From assembly GCF_006345805.1 (NCBI RefSeq), contig NW_021834364.1, positions 1 to 64,000 on the forward strand: a stretch of DNA of 64,000 bases, read 5' to 3'. Source of the DNA: Octopus sinensis (lineage: Eukaryota). Below, piece by piece: positions 12,320-26,441 of this stretch. The number at the start of each line of letters is the position of its first letter. The stretch's first letter is position 1. A program made the position numbers and the translations under genes. The notes under the pieces are model-generated. The model was not told the DNA's origin. It made no database searches and saw only the letters and a program-made list of their open reading frames with translations.

Positions 12320-12635
12320 ATATATATATAGATATATCACCCAACATTAAATCAAAATCCTATAAATACTTAATATTCAATTTTATTTAATCATTTGGGA
12401 AAATGGTGTCGCTCAAGAAGGACTTCAGTTTTCATGATGTTTCATATTAGATGCTTTTATTAAATTCATTCAGGTGTTAAACATAAATAAACTTGAATTA
12501 AAGGATTTGATTGTACTGTCAAGTGATTTGGCCACCCCCCCTCTCTCTCTCTCTCTCTCTCTCCTCTCTCTCTCCTCTATCTATATATATATATATATAA
12601 TTATATATATATAATATATATATATATATACATAG

Positions 12636-12677
<42 letters not shown>

Positions 12678-12709
12678 TATATATATATACATATATATAC
12701 AATATATAT

Positions 12710-12776
<67 letters not shown>

Positions 12777-13286
12777 AATATATATATGTATGTATACATA
12801 CATACATACATACATACACATATATAGAAAGAGAGAGTGGGATAGAGTAAATAGAATATTACTGATAAAACAACTTCACATTAAAACGAGATATTGCCTA
12901 TAGACCTTGCCTAACTAAGAAGTTTCAGATATATAGATATGACTAGCGATATCTGCCGAAAAGAAGGTCCGAATTATTTCTATTTATAAAACTTCTGACC
13001 CGCTAACACTCAAAACTGTGGAAATTGGATGTTATGGATCACGCAGCGTTAATGTTTGAGTAAGCTCCCTTGTAGATGATTACAAACTGTGACTGGATTT
13101 CCCTGCTTTACATTATAGTATTCTTGCCAGCATTTTCTATTTTGCATAACTTTCAAACATGTGATATGAACTTTGACCGATGAAAATTGGTTTTATTAAT
13201 GTCATGTGGATAAAACTCGTCATTTATAAACTTGCCTGATTGATTACATGCATGTTTGAAACACATGTCAAATTGTCATTTATATC

Positions 13287-13380
13287 ATCGTGACCGACCA
13301 GGCTATCACATGTTGCTCCACATCGCTGGTCACAATGCGCTTCGCATTGTTTTAGCCTCCAGATGATGCCACCCCACCAC
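13287..13380 (+). mobile_element. Repeat family D fragment
   Basis: cgtgaccgaccaggctatca...catcgctggtcacaatgcgcttcgcattgttttagcc is the reverse complement of 10760-10860. Confidence 0.8.
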
Positions 13381-13769
13381 GAGTATTATAGTACTCGTGC
13401 GTTTTTAAATAGTAAAGAAAAGGGTAAGGTTAAGAAAAAAACCTGAGGTCTATAACAAACTCGCCAGTTGCTATCTGGGTACTTTGCTTTCAAATTTTAG
13501 ATATGCATTGAGAAATTAAGGGATTATAGAAAAGGAGATATGTAGCAGTGGTTTGAGAGCTTGTTTTTAAACTTTAGATTTTCAACAGAAGTTTGGGTGC
13601 TTTATTTTGAAATTTAAGTTGTTTGAAAGAGAACTGAGCATACAGATTTGAAAATTTTAGATAATCGGTATAAATTTGAGCGACCTGATTTCAAACGCTC
13701 TGAGTTCAAAATAGTCAACAGAAGATTATAAATTCTATGTGGCAACCTAAGATATACAGAGAGAGATCT

Positions 13770-14150
13770 GGAGGCGCAATGGCCCAGTGGTTAGGGCAGC
13801 GGACTCGCGGTCGTAGGATCGCGGTTTCGATTCCCAGACCGGGCGTTGTGAGTGTTTATTGAGCGAAAACACCTAAAGCTCCACGAGGCTCCGGCAGGGA
13901 TGGTGGTGATCCCTGCTGTACACTTTCACCACAACTTTCTCTCACTCTTACTTCCTGTTTCTGTTGTACCTGTATTTCAAAGGGCCGGCCTTGTCACTCT
14001 CTGTGTCACGCTGAATATCCCCGAGAACTACGTTAAGGGTACACGTGTCTGTGGAGTGCTCAGCCACTTACACGTTAATTTCACGAGCAGGCTGTTCCGT
14101 TGATCGGATCAACCGGAACCCTCATCGTCGTAACCGACGGAGTGCTTCCA
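13770..14150 (+). mobile_element. SINE family C, full length (tail C1)
   Basis: tRNA-like head with A and B boxes, ~200-bp shared body, tail ending gtaaccgacggagtgcttcca. Confidence 0.85.
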
Positions 14151-14167
14151 CAGAGAGATATTTATTG

Positions 14168-14487
14168 CAGCGTGGAAGGTGTTTGTAAGCCATTTAAGAA
14201 ACACACAAAAGCCGTTCGATTCACTTCAACATTTAAGTTTAATTTGTCAAAATATTTTCGTCGCTTTAAGACCGCGACCTGTTCACTGACAAAAATCCGT
14301 GCTGCAGTGAACAGGTCGCGGTCTTAAAGCGACGAAAATATTTTGACAAATTAAACTTAAATGTAGAAGTGAATCGAAAGGCTTTTGTGTGTTTCTTAAA
14401 TGGCTTACAAACACCTTCCACGCTGCAATTGATTTCGTTTCAGCACACGATCTCAGATCAGGTCATTTGCTATGCAAGTACATCTCC
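14168..14487. mobile_element. Fold-back insertion (putative Penelope-like element fragment) with 13-bp TSD
   Basis: 125-bp arms at 14164-14288 and 14305-14429 (2 mismatches); gagatatttattg is repeated at 14155-14167 and 14488-14500. Confidence 0.75.
14243..14293 (-). ncRNA. Minimal type-I hammerhead ribozyme-like motif, G3-C8 core variant
   Basis: Minus strand: UUUGUCA / GUGAACA / G / GUCGC-(9 nt)-GCGAC / GAA / AAUAUU / U / UGACAAA, i.e. 7-bp stem I, 5-bp stem II and a palindromic stem III. Confidence 0.6.
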
Positions 14488-14749
14488 GAGATATTTATTG
14501 TTCCCAAAATTTACAAACATTCTTCATTTTGGGCCTTTAATGTGGAAACTATTTCGTACTGTACACGCCATTCACTTGGAGAACGAATACACTAATCAAA
14601 ATCCCCTTCACAATAAAGCTGGAGGCATCGAATCTGGATATGAATCAGTATAAATCAAATGTTCTGTTTATGCCGTTGCTGATGCTGTTAGTTCCAGTTC
14701 AGCTCTCATAAAACTTTAGGTTCTCATAGAAAACAATTTTGAGACTTTT

Positions 14750-14935
14750 GTCATAGACGTTTAAGCTATGGTCATGACCATCTTATTTATTTGCAGATGT
14801 AGTATATCTGCGATGTAGATGGAGTATCGTCCTCAAAATCATCTTGGATTTCTTTGGAGAATATGGTGTAATATGAGGAATACTTGTCGGCTCTTTCTAG
14901 CAGGTCGAACGGCTACGTAGGGGGCTCCTGCATAT
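14750..14935 (+). repeat. Old interspersed repeat family F (representative copy)
   Basis: Loose similarity by eye to ~1870-2060, 3560-3740, 37600-37830 (-) and 63350-63530 (motifs like agggtgtgattt, agatttcgctgctattt, ctagcaggtcga). Confidence 0.35.
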
Positions 14936-15359
14936 CAAGTGAAACTGTCCTTTAGCTATTACCGGTTCCACATGTATTTGAAGTCATTGACAATTCTATT
15001 TATAAATACAACTTAAGTGGTTACATGACAAAATGAATGTGTGTAATTGTGTGTAAATGTAGTGCGTGTTTGTGTTTGTATGTATGTGTGTTTGTGTCTG
15101 TGTGCGCAGCGCATATATGTATGTATGTATATATGTATGTATGTATGTATGTATGTGTATATTATATATATATATATATATAATATATATTATATATTTA
15201 ACACATTACATATAATATGTAATGATATAATATAATATATATACATATACATATAAATATATATATACATATATATATAATATATACACACATATATACA
15301 TATACATACGTACAAATATTTAGATGTGCGTATGTGCGTTTGTGCGCGTGTGTGTGTGG

Positions 15360-15398
<39 letters not shown>

Positions 15399-15781
15399 TA
15401 GAGTGAATGCAGTATACAGTAGATATGTCATTGCGAGTGGACGCGCCTTTATTGGTGCAACAGGACATAATACTGAAAGTGTTTAGTTCCGAGCCACTCC
15501 TAAATTCTCACGCATACATACAACTATATATAATCACATACAGCTACACGCTCACACTTATCTACACAATGACATACAACTATACAGCCACATACAACCA
15601 CACACTGACATACGACCACTCACATACAAACATAGATGTACGCACGCACATACCTAAGATATACATAGATATACATACACATACATAGATATACATAAGC
15701 TCTCCGTACAAACAATTGCCCAAAACAAGTTTGAACGGTAAATTAAATATATAAAGAAATGTACAATAAACATATACATAC

Positions 15782-15812
<31 letters not shown>

Positions 15813-15814
15813 CA

Positions 15815-15847
<33 letters not shown>

Positions 15848-15934
15848 GTGTATGTACGTATGTATGCATGAATATATATGTATATGTATATATGTATATA
15901 TATATATACATTCATACATAAACTCTCACACACA

Positions 15935-15972
<38 letters not shown>

Positions 15973-16484
15973 CATTTCAACATTCTCTGGGCATGAAGGC
16001 GTCGCCCGGCAAGAATGACCTTGCCCGTAATAGCTATAAGTTAAGAACCGCCTTCACTTACATATATGCATATACATACGTATACATACACACACATACC
16101 TACCTACCTACCTACCTACATACATACATACATACATACATACATACATACATACATACGCATACGCATACATACATACATACATACGCATAAGCATACA
16201 TACAAGCACAATGTGAAACAGATCTTGGCAAGAAATATATACAGTTCTTAAAAATAGCGCAAAACTGTTACCCCATTCGGACCAATGGTAAAATCTGGGC
16301 TCGTACTCTACTATACAAGCTTATTCAGTTACTTATATTAACACAGTAGTCACAAGGACTTGTAAATATCATATCTACATGGCCTTTTTATTGAATTCCT
16401 GAGTTTGTCTTGGGCAAAATGGTAAAATATAGGAGTATATTTAATTTCAGTATAGCTAAGCCAATGCTCATTGAACTGTTTAAC

Positions 16485-16704
16485 TACGCGGGGTTGCCGA
16501 AAATTCCCTGGCTTTGGGTAAAAGAAAATACAGGAGGATCAGTTAATTATGATTTTATTCAATATATTCCCCTCTCAGGTTTACATATTCATTGTAGTGG
16601 TCCTTCAAATTTTCTGAGCTCTATAAAAGATCAAGTAGGTTGGGCCTCAAAACCAGGCCTCTTGCGATACCCTTAAAGCTAGGAAATTTTCAGCATTCCT
16701 CGTA
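16485..16704 (+). mobile_element. Mariner-like MITE family E
   Basis: Imperfect ~30-bp TIRs tacgcggggttgccgaaaattccctggcttt / aaagctaggaaattttcagcattcctcgta with TA ends; 3 copies in the window. Confidence 0.8.
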
Positions 16705-17617
16705 TATTACGACCTATAAGTAAATCCATAGTGAACGACGTCTCCAGAACCTTTGAAAAGCCTGTCAGTAGAGGGAATGACTACTTTTGATAAATACTAT
16801 CTACAAAAATCAATGTTAATAATTTCCACATGTAATACAATAGAATATAATACACATAGAGAAGAAACAAAAGAGAAATGTAATCTCAAGATGTCTAAAG
16901 ACCAATATCTCTAAAGTTCAGATAACATCAACATTACAGCTGACCCACAAGTAGAAAGTTTAAAGGGAAAAAAGGCGGCGGGGATCAACTCTCATACAAA
17001 CAGACAATTGATCAATAAATAAGTAACATTTTATTTTAAACTGACAGGATTAAAGTTGAATGTAACTCATAAATATATGACAAACATCTGAGGAAGAAAG
17101 AAAGAAAGAGAGGGGGAAAATAGACGAGACTTATTAAATCATGCCACTAACTATTATTCAAGAGATGCATCGGAAGAGTGTCAACAACCATGGTCGGTTC
17201 GTAGTTGACAATAGTATTAAAAATAAACGAAAATAAATATACTATCGCTTAAACAGCCTATGATCTTCTGCACATCATTTTGGGTAAGCATTATCACACT
17301 GAGTGAAATGGCAAGGTAATCTAACGAAGGACTTATTTAGATAATCACCCGAGGAGGCGCTTATTATACCTTGCATGTAAGACAATGAATACCCAACAGT
17401 CCCCAATGTACTAAACATGTAAGAATGTATCGAAACAATTGTAGTGTTTTTAGACAGAGGATGTCGTTAACTCTATTTTATATTTAGTAGAACGAAGAGA
17501 GTGACTCAAGAGCCGAGAGTTTCGTACGTTGGCACTCTGTTGCATCTACTAGATTATAAAAATATGCATATACTCATTGTTGAGTTCTAGTAGTTCTGCT
17601 TTTTGCATCACCATACC

Positions 17618-17686
<69 letters not shown>

Positions 17687-17845
17687 GCGTATATATATAT
17701 ATACACACACATACATACATATATATATATATATGTATATATATAATGTATGTATGTATGGTATATATATATACGCATATATATATATAATATATAATAT
17801 TATATATATATTATATATGTATATATATATATATATTATTATTAT

Positions 17846-17891
<46 letters not shown>

Positions 17892-17910
17892 CACACATAC
17901 ATAATATATA

Positions 17911-18068
17911 GGAGTGGCTAAGTGGTAAGTAGCTGGCTTGCCAACCACATGGTTCCAGGTTCAGTCTCAGTGCGTGGCACCTTGGGCAGTTGTCTTCTAC
18001 TTAGCATCGAGCCGACCAAAGCCTTGTGAATGGATTTGGTAGACGGAAACTGAAAGAAGCCCGTCGTA
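17911..18068 (+). mobile_element. SINE family B, 5' half
   Basis: ggagtggctaagtggtaagtag head, B-box-like ggttcagtc, gcgtggcaccttgggcag, ends gaagcccgtcg. Confidence 0.85.
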
Positions 18069-18089
18069 TATATATACATACATACTACA

Positions 18090-18130
<41 letters not shown>

Positions 18131-19964
18131 ATATATATATATATATATTATATATATATATATATATATATTATAGATATATATGTTTGCATGTATGCGT
18201 GTGTGTATATATATGTAGATATATTCGATTTCATCGAAATATGTGTACTAACAAGGATACATTAATTAGTACAATGTATAGTTTTTCGAAGAAATAAAAG
18301 CTCGAAACAAATCTAGGTAGGTATATAGGTAGACCCTTTGTGGAATACCTATCGGGTTATGTTTGAAAATAAGCTGGTAGATCTTTAGTGAAATAGAAAG
18401 CAAATATTTGGGGAGATAAGTTGATAGGTAAGTATTTACAGAGACATACTTCCGGTCGAAACCTTTATTAAACAACATATGTTTGTGTGTGTATTAGTAT
18501 ATGTATATTTATATATGTATCATGTACGCGTGTTTTATATATGTATATATGTATTTTTACTTTATATTTTGCTGGTTATATATGCGTGTATATTTGTAAA
18601 ATCCCATCGAAGGTAGCCCAAACTATTCCTACGGGATAGGTTGAAAAGGAAAAACACCATTCAAACAGTAGGGTCTATTACATTAAAGGATATTTAAACA
18701 ACTGTAACTACATATTAACAAGGTGTATCCACACAGGTTTAAAGTTTCATAGAGACGTCTATAAGAAAACCGTTGTTGTAGTATTTTAAATTCAACTTAG
18801 GTTTCTAATTCGCGCTAAGCTGAGCTTAAAATATTTATTTATTGCTTGGTCATGCAGCTAACTAACGCGTGATATGTAAATAAGCTAAGTTCTGATTTGT
18901 GTTTCATGCTTTAAATAGCGTTAAATTATAAGATCTGTTGTTGAACTGAGATTGAGGGATATTTGTCTTTTGATGAAACGGTCAACGAATCATGAAACAC
19001 ATCAGAACAATCTCCTCTATTTCTCTGTGTGCAAAGAGAATAACAAGGTATATTTACTTTTGTTGAAAATATCACAGCGAAAGATTTTTCTAATGCGGTA
19101 GATTTAACTACATTAAATTTATCTTAGGTTTCTTAACCACCCTTTATCTTACGCACATATGCGCACACGCACACATACAGCAATTAAAATGTAATATGTA
19201 CTAATAACATTAGCCCTTTTGCTTGTCCGAAGCTTGTTAATAAGTTTCTCCTAAACGTTTTCAGCTCCCAATCTCGATGTTTTCAGACGTTTTCAGACTT
19301 TTAGTTAGCCCAGGTTTTATAAGTGGTCGGAAACAAATGGAGAATGTATATCATATACGATGTACGGATGCCAGGGATATATGTCTTGTGTATCACATAT
19401 GATACACAGGATAGACAAAAGGTTAAGAACAACAGAATTCAGTACATACATAGAGTAAATATTAATCATCGAGATTGGGAGGTGGAAAATCTCATAGTGA
19501 GCATTGGTTTCACCCTAGACCGGAAATTTTCAGATTGTCCTGATCAATGTGAGGTATCGAACTATCCAATTCAGATGCCAATAATAATGCAATCCCTCCT
19601 AATATTTTTGTTCTACATCGTGTTATAGACTCTCCTTTCTCGTTTTAGTTCTCAGGAAATGCATTGAGCCACTGATTTGCGCTTTGGTAAATGTGCTATA
19701 TAGTATAATATTATATTATATTATATAATATCATGAAATACATAAACACACACACACACAGACACACACGTGCACATTCGCATATGTAAACAAACACGTC
19801 AATTACAAACTCGCACATATGCACGCATTACGCATACACATTACACATTTATACATATATGCCCTCATGTGTATGTGTGTATATATGTAAGTACACATCT
19901 AATAATCTATCTATCTATCTATTTATGTTTGGTGTGTATCTCTCTCGCTATATATGTATGTATT

Positions 19965-20012
<48 letters not shown>

Positions 20013-20474
20013 TACACACATATATATATACATATATATACATATATATATACATATATCCATACATACATACATATACATACATATGCATACATATATA
20101 TCCATATATATATTGCATACATACATATATATATATATATATACATACATACATATATATACATACACACACACACACCAAACACTCACACACACACACA
20201 CACACCACACACCACACACATTATATATATATATATATATATATTGTTATATATATATATATATATATTATAATATATATAATATATATATATATAATAT
20301 ATATATATTATATAATATATATATATAATATATATATATGCATGTATGAATGCGCTATGCTTTTTAATTTGCTGTCACGTTCGCAACAGGTTTAGGTTTA
20401 CTAGCATTCCCGTTGCTAATCGATTTTGGCAAAAAGAGACCGACAAAATAATTATTAGACTTTAAAAAAAATTA

Positions 20475-20515
<41 letters not shown>

Positions 20516-20800
20516 GCGAACAGTAAATGTCGTGCCTATGATAATTGGTGCGTTGGGAACAGTAAGCAAAGATATCGACAAACAGCTGAAGGAGATTGAA
20601 ATAGATTGCCCGGTAAGGCTCCTACAGAAAGTTTGTCTCTTAGCGACAGCATGGATTACCAGGAGGGCTCTAAGCATTTGAAAGACTGCTGAAAACTTGT
20701 GGCTACCTCGGGTTGCAGGTAGTAACCCGCTACCCACTAATTCCTACCAGGAATATGACGAAACCTGAGCGACTTTCTTTGTACGTGAAGTTGTTCAGGT
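20516..20800 (+). mobile_element. 5'-truncated R4/Dong-like (RLE) non-LTR retrotransposon end
   Basis: Hand translation RTVNVVPMIIGALGTVSKDIDKQLKEIEIDCPVRLLQKVCLLATAWITRRALSI* (stop 20679-20681) parallels the C-terminus of the 33810-34690 element. Confidence 0.75.
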
Positions 20801-20914
20801 TAGGTGAACATTTTAAGCCTTTTGGGGGCATAGGTTTGAACCAGTACGACACAAGTCTTCGTTGGAGTTTATCTGAAATACTATAATTGTAAATACCCGA
20901 CTCTGTTCTAAATA

Positions 20915-21022
20915 TTGGCTTCAAATTTTGGGATAAGGTCAGAAATTTTATGGGTGTGAAAAAGTATTCTTTACCATCGTTTCCCTAGTTTCACTGGTAT
21001 ATTTTATTTTATCGACCCCGGA
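20915..21022 (-). mobile_element. SINE family A, truncated
   Basis: ttcaaattttgg tail and ttttatcgacccc core; breaks off into family B. Confidence 0.5.
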
Positions 21023-21072
21023 TATTGAGTGGTCAAGCAATGCTAGGGGGACAAACACAGACACAGAACACA

Positions 21073-21112
<40 letters not shown>

Positions 21113-21296
21113 TATATATATATACATATATACGACGGGCTTCTTTCAGTTTCTGTCTACCAAATCCACTCACAAGGCTTTGGTCGGCCCGAGGCTATAG
21201 TAGAAGACACTTGCCCAAGGTGCCACGCAGTGGGACTGAACCCGGAACCATGTGGTTGGTAAACAAGCTACTTACCACACAGCCACTCCTGCGCCT
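21022..21296 (-). mobile_element. SINE family B (young 5' half plus part of the 3' half)
   Basis: Near-identical reverse complement of the 61480-61630 region. Contains accttgggcaagt, reminiscent of the CORE-SINE domain (inference). Confidence 0.9.
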
Positions 21297-22098
21297 ATAA
21301 ATAAAAAAAAAATATATATGTATATATATAAAGAGAGAGAGGGAGTTAGAGAAAGAGAAATAGACAGAGATGAGTGTGTGTGCGCATGTGTGTGCGTTTG
21401 TGCGAGTGTGTGGGGGATAGCATAGCGCTACTTGGAGTTAGAACTCAATACGCGTATGCTTTAGAATAAAGCGATCGGTGAGTACAGAGTGTAATATGAA
21501 TTAATTGAATGACAAGGGAACAGAAATTACGCATTCAACTCCATTAGCTTACAGTTGATTCTGCTATAAGGACCAATGCGCTCAAAGCTGAACGCTTGTG
21601 CATAATCTTATAGCTTCCTCGAAGCCTTTAAAATGAAGTCTATGTTTGTTTCGAAAAGCATCTCATTACATAGGAAATGACACCTTCGAAACGATAAGTA
21701 TACATATATAATGGCTGTCCACTCGTTAAACCAATATGACTATCACTGATCGTATGTACGAAATTTGAGTCTAAAACCGTCAGCATAATATTGCAAGGAC
21801 TGTCTTCATCAAAGCAAAAAATTTCATATCACGGATTTTATAAACAGAGTAACACTTTACTATAAATACACTATAACGTAAATTTGCAAAGGAATGTCTT
21901 ACTCCCAGTAGTTACACAGCGCATCGGAGACCAACCCAGAAGTTCAAAGTTCCGCATATGACTAGATAATCGTTGATTCTTTTCTGGGGTTCAAATGTAC
22001 TTTTATAAGGTATAATTGTCTTTGTCCAGCAGCACTTCTAATAAAGTCCCTCGCCAGAGGCAGGGTATGGTCTGCGTGAACATGATGGAATAGATTAC

Positions 22099-22140
<42 letters not shown>

Positions 22141-22292
22141 ACACACCACACACACACACACCAGAATAAGCACATAAATGTGAAACAAGGGGGAAAAAAT
22201 AGAATTCGAATACCGGAGATATAGTAATACGCTTTATTAAAACTGCAAAAGCATCACAAATGTATGTATTATTATGTATGTATGTATGTATG

Positions 22293-22323
<31 letters not shown>

Positions 22324-22544
22324 GTATGTATGTATGTAGGTTGAATATATATTTCTATGTATGTATGTGTATACATATATGTGTGTTGTATGTGTGTGTG
22401 TGGAATATATGTACGTAATGGTTGGAAAAGGGTAGTGTTTTGTGAAAAGTAGTTACCAAGCTAGTGTTCAGCTATATATAAAGTTCAACGCAAGTGACTT
22501 AAGTGAAATTCTAGGCCACTGATCAGTTTTGTAGCTTCACAGCT

Positions 22545-22860
<316 letters not shown>

Positions 22861-23399
22861 ATACACATACACACCACATACACACATCATATATGTTGCT
22901 AATATTACTATTATTATTATTGTTGTTGCCATTTTTGTTGTTGTCGCTGTTTTTGTAGTTGTTTTTTGTTGTTTTTTTTTGTTGCTGTTCCATTTTGTCG
23001 GGTCGGACATATTTTCAAGTCTTGTGAGGTAACGTACAAAGTCCAAGTGTTACACATGGAAAAGTACAAGCCAGTAGAGGATTTTCTGTTCGTTGGAGCA
23101 GAAAAGGTAGAGACCCTCTGTTGGTGCACTTAGCTGTGTTTTCAGCGGAAGCCAAAATACAAGGTCCCGGAAGCTACGATTTCCATAACCTCGACATTTC
23201 CAGTTTCAAGCTAGTAACCTATGACCAGATCTCTCCCACCTCCATCGTTTTGTGAAGATCGGCAGGAGGTGGAGGTTGGACAGGGATCACTATCTGTCGA
23301 GGATAGTGCAAAAAACGAAATTGGAAGAGTATTTCGAATAGCCAATATATGATTATTAGACGAATGTCATGGTCGTAAGCCGCTTGACGTGCCCAAGAC

Positions 23400-23580
23400 A
23401 CTTCTTCCTGTTTAGTATTTCTTCTATGTTGCTGTCGTTGGTGACTTGAAAGGTCAATCCCAGCGTGAAACAGGCGGGAACAAAGATGGCAAGGAAGTGT
23501 TGGCGGTAGGCGTGGTTGTTGTTGCATCTTGAATAAAGAAGAGATAAAGTATGGAATAAAAGATGGGCTCTTATCCATGC
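23400..23580 (-). mobile_element. Probable RTE-clade LINE C-terminal remnant
   Basis: ORF 23219-23578 contains PTLPCHLCSRLFHAGIDLSSHQRQQH, resembling the CxxC...RIGLxSHxRxH finger at RTE ORF ends. Confidence 0.5.
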
Positions 23581-23752
23581 TGATTAAAACCGTTCTGAAA
23601 GTCTATGAAGAGTAATACCTTAGCGTTCAAAATGACGGAAGACTTTTCTCACCTAATCCGATGTTTTATAATCTCTTTTTCTATCCTATAGAAACACAGA
23701 GATTTAGAAACATGTTTATTGATATGGATATATATATATATATATATATAAT

Positions 23753-23804
<52 letters not shown>

Positions 23805-23805
23805 A

Positions 23806-24585
23806 AAGTACAAGAGACACAGAGAAGAAGTTCAACTCAGCAGACTACGATTAGTGTATAATATATATAATATATATATATATATATATACGGATTTAAT
23901 ATGATAAAGTTGTCTTAAACATATATTAATACATTCGGAATATAAAGATACAGAAATTTAAAACCATATGAATGTTAAAAATATGCAAGGATTAATAAAT
24001 ATATAGATATATAAACATAATCGAGTATAGAAATATAGATAAGAATAATGAAATAAAGAAAGACATTTCTTTTAAAAATTCAAATTAAATTATGGAATGG
24101 AGGGAGTAATAGATGTTTAAAAAGTAATAGATGTTTAAAAAGAGATTTGGGTACCATATTTAAAGGAAATGAATTATTCCGGCGATCGATTCGAGAGTTC
24201 ATTCAAAGAGTACATGTGAATTAAGAGTACATGTGAATTACGATTCACATGTACTTTTTGGATGAACTCTAGAAACGATCGACGGAATACTACATTTCCT
24301 TTAAATATGGCACCGAAAACTATTTTTTAAACATCTATTTAAAGAAATGTCTTTCCATATTTCATTATTCTTATCTATATTTTTATCTATACTTTATGTT
24401 TTTATATCTATATATTTGTTTGTCCTTGCATATTTTTAAAGTTCATAGATTTTGATATTTCTATATCTTTATATTTCGAATGTATTAATATATGTTTTAG
24501 AAAACTCTTTCATATTAAAACCGTATATGTATATGCTAATCGTAGTCTGCCTGAGTTGAACCTCTTCTCTGTATCTCTTGTACTT
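23806..24585. repeat. ~780-bp imperfect fold-back element
   Basis: aagtacaagagacacagagaagaagttcaactcagcagactacgattag at the left end pairs with ctaatcgtagtctgcctgagttgaacctcttctctgtatctcttgtactt at the right end; pairing continues to the centre near 24240. Confidence 0.85.
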
Positions 24586-25140
24586 GTCTAGCGTCTCGGG
24601 GTTGACTCGAGCACTTCCATGCTTTCTATGCTTTTCTGAAGGAAACCTTATAATTATGTATGCACATATATATATATATAGTTCATAGATGAGAATCAGA
24701 TATTCTCTGTATAGAATACACTTAATTGTGAATTAAACTTGAGCAGGTATAGAAAGAAATGTAGGGATAAGCAAGTTAGAGAGATCACTATATGAAGTTT
24801 TATTATATTTATACATGAAATACAAAAAAATGTATAAATGTTTACATACAAAATGGTCCGATTTACACAGAATGCAAATGATAGAGAATACAAATGTTAT
24901 GGAGGGTTAAAAGGGGCTGAAGAAAAGTATTACAAATCCAACAGCTGTTTCTGGAAGCTCGATGGACCAAAATAAGTTCGTAGATTGATTCCATCATAGG
25001 ATCAGACGAGCCTGCAACTTCAGTGAAGAGATCTTACATTTCAGGTGTTAAAGGAAAGTTCTTTCCTTTTTCTAATATAATATATGATTGAATATGTATA
25101 TATACGTATGTATGTCTATGTATGTATGAAGTATATATAT

Positions 25141-25248
25141 ATACGACAGGCTTCTTTCAGTTTCCCCCTAGCAAATCTACTCACAAGATGCCACTCAGTG
25201 GGACTGAACTCGGAACCATGTTGGTACCACACAGCCACTCCTAAGCCT
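25141..25248 (-). mobile_element. SINE family B, 5' half with internal deletion
   Basis: cttctttcagtttcc...cagtgggactgaac.cggaaccatg...accacacagccactcct. Confidence 0.75.
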
Positions 25249-25320
25249 ACACACACACACCACACACACACACATATATATATATATATACACACATACA
25301 TGCGTGCATACATGTTCTTT

Positions 25321-25597
25321 CACTCTTTTTCTTGTTTCATTCATTAGACTGTAGCCATACTGGAGCACCGCTTTGAAGGGTTTTAGTCGGACAAATCGAC
25401 TTATATTTTATAAAGCCTAGTACTTATTGTATTGGTCTCTTTTGCTAAACCACTAAGTTACAGGGACGTAAACACACCAACACCGGTTGTCAAGAGGAGA
25501 TGTGGGACAAACACAGGCACAAAGACAAACAGTGGGACTGAACCCTGAACCCTGTGGTTGAGAAGTAAGCTTCTTACCACATAGCCACACCTACGCG
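25321..25597 (-). mobile_element. SINE family B with central deletion
   Basis: 3' half joined directly to the head (gacaaacagtgggactgaaccc...accacatagccacacct). Confidence 0.75.
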
Positions 25598-26441
25598 TAT
25601 ATATACGTGTAAGCACGAAAAGTAGAATTTTGTATAATAAATAAAAAGCGGTGTGTCAATATGTTCGGTCGATCGACCGAAGGCGGTGTTCTTGCAACCA
25701 AAAGAAAAACTGACGTAGATCCCCCACCACTATATCTATCTATCTATCTATCTCTATATATATAATTATACACATATATATTCATTTATTTATGCTATGC
25801 TGTTGCCTCTCTCCTTCTGTTTACAACGCCTCTCCAGAAACGAACTTGGTAGTAGCGATTGTAGACTGATGCTGCATGACTCTGTTTACCTTCTGCCTTC
25901 TCCCCTTACTCTCCGTCTTGCACCTCCTCCTCTTCCTTCTCCTCCATCTCGCAACCTCGCCTCTTCTACCTTCTTACCGTTTGTCCTTATTCTCTTCGAC
26001 CAGTCTATGCTGTAACTATTACCGCCATGAATATTCCACTGTAATAAACCTTTACCGCCATCACCTCCTGCTCCAGTATCATCACAACTCCCACTACCAC
26101 AACCGAAACTACTTTATCACACTGACGACGAAATTCTCGGCGACGCGACGGTTCGACTGCTAGAAATGACAGCCAAATTCCCCCAACCAAAGATGAAAAA
26201 AATAAATAGATAAAAGAAAATAAGAGCATATTGGACAATGCAGTCTAGGATTCTTCCATAAAAAGATCCAGTATGTTTCTTGTTCTCTTCTATTAGAATT
26301 AACTTTGGTATTCTTATAATTTCTTTGGTACTAAAGTATAAATGGTGTTGCTCTCTCCCCCACTTATATGAATTCATACACATTCAGGCATACATACAAA
26401 CACGCATAAATACATACATACGAGCATAAAGCATGTATACA

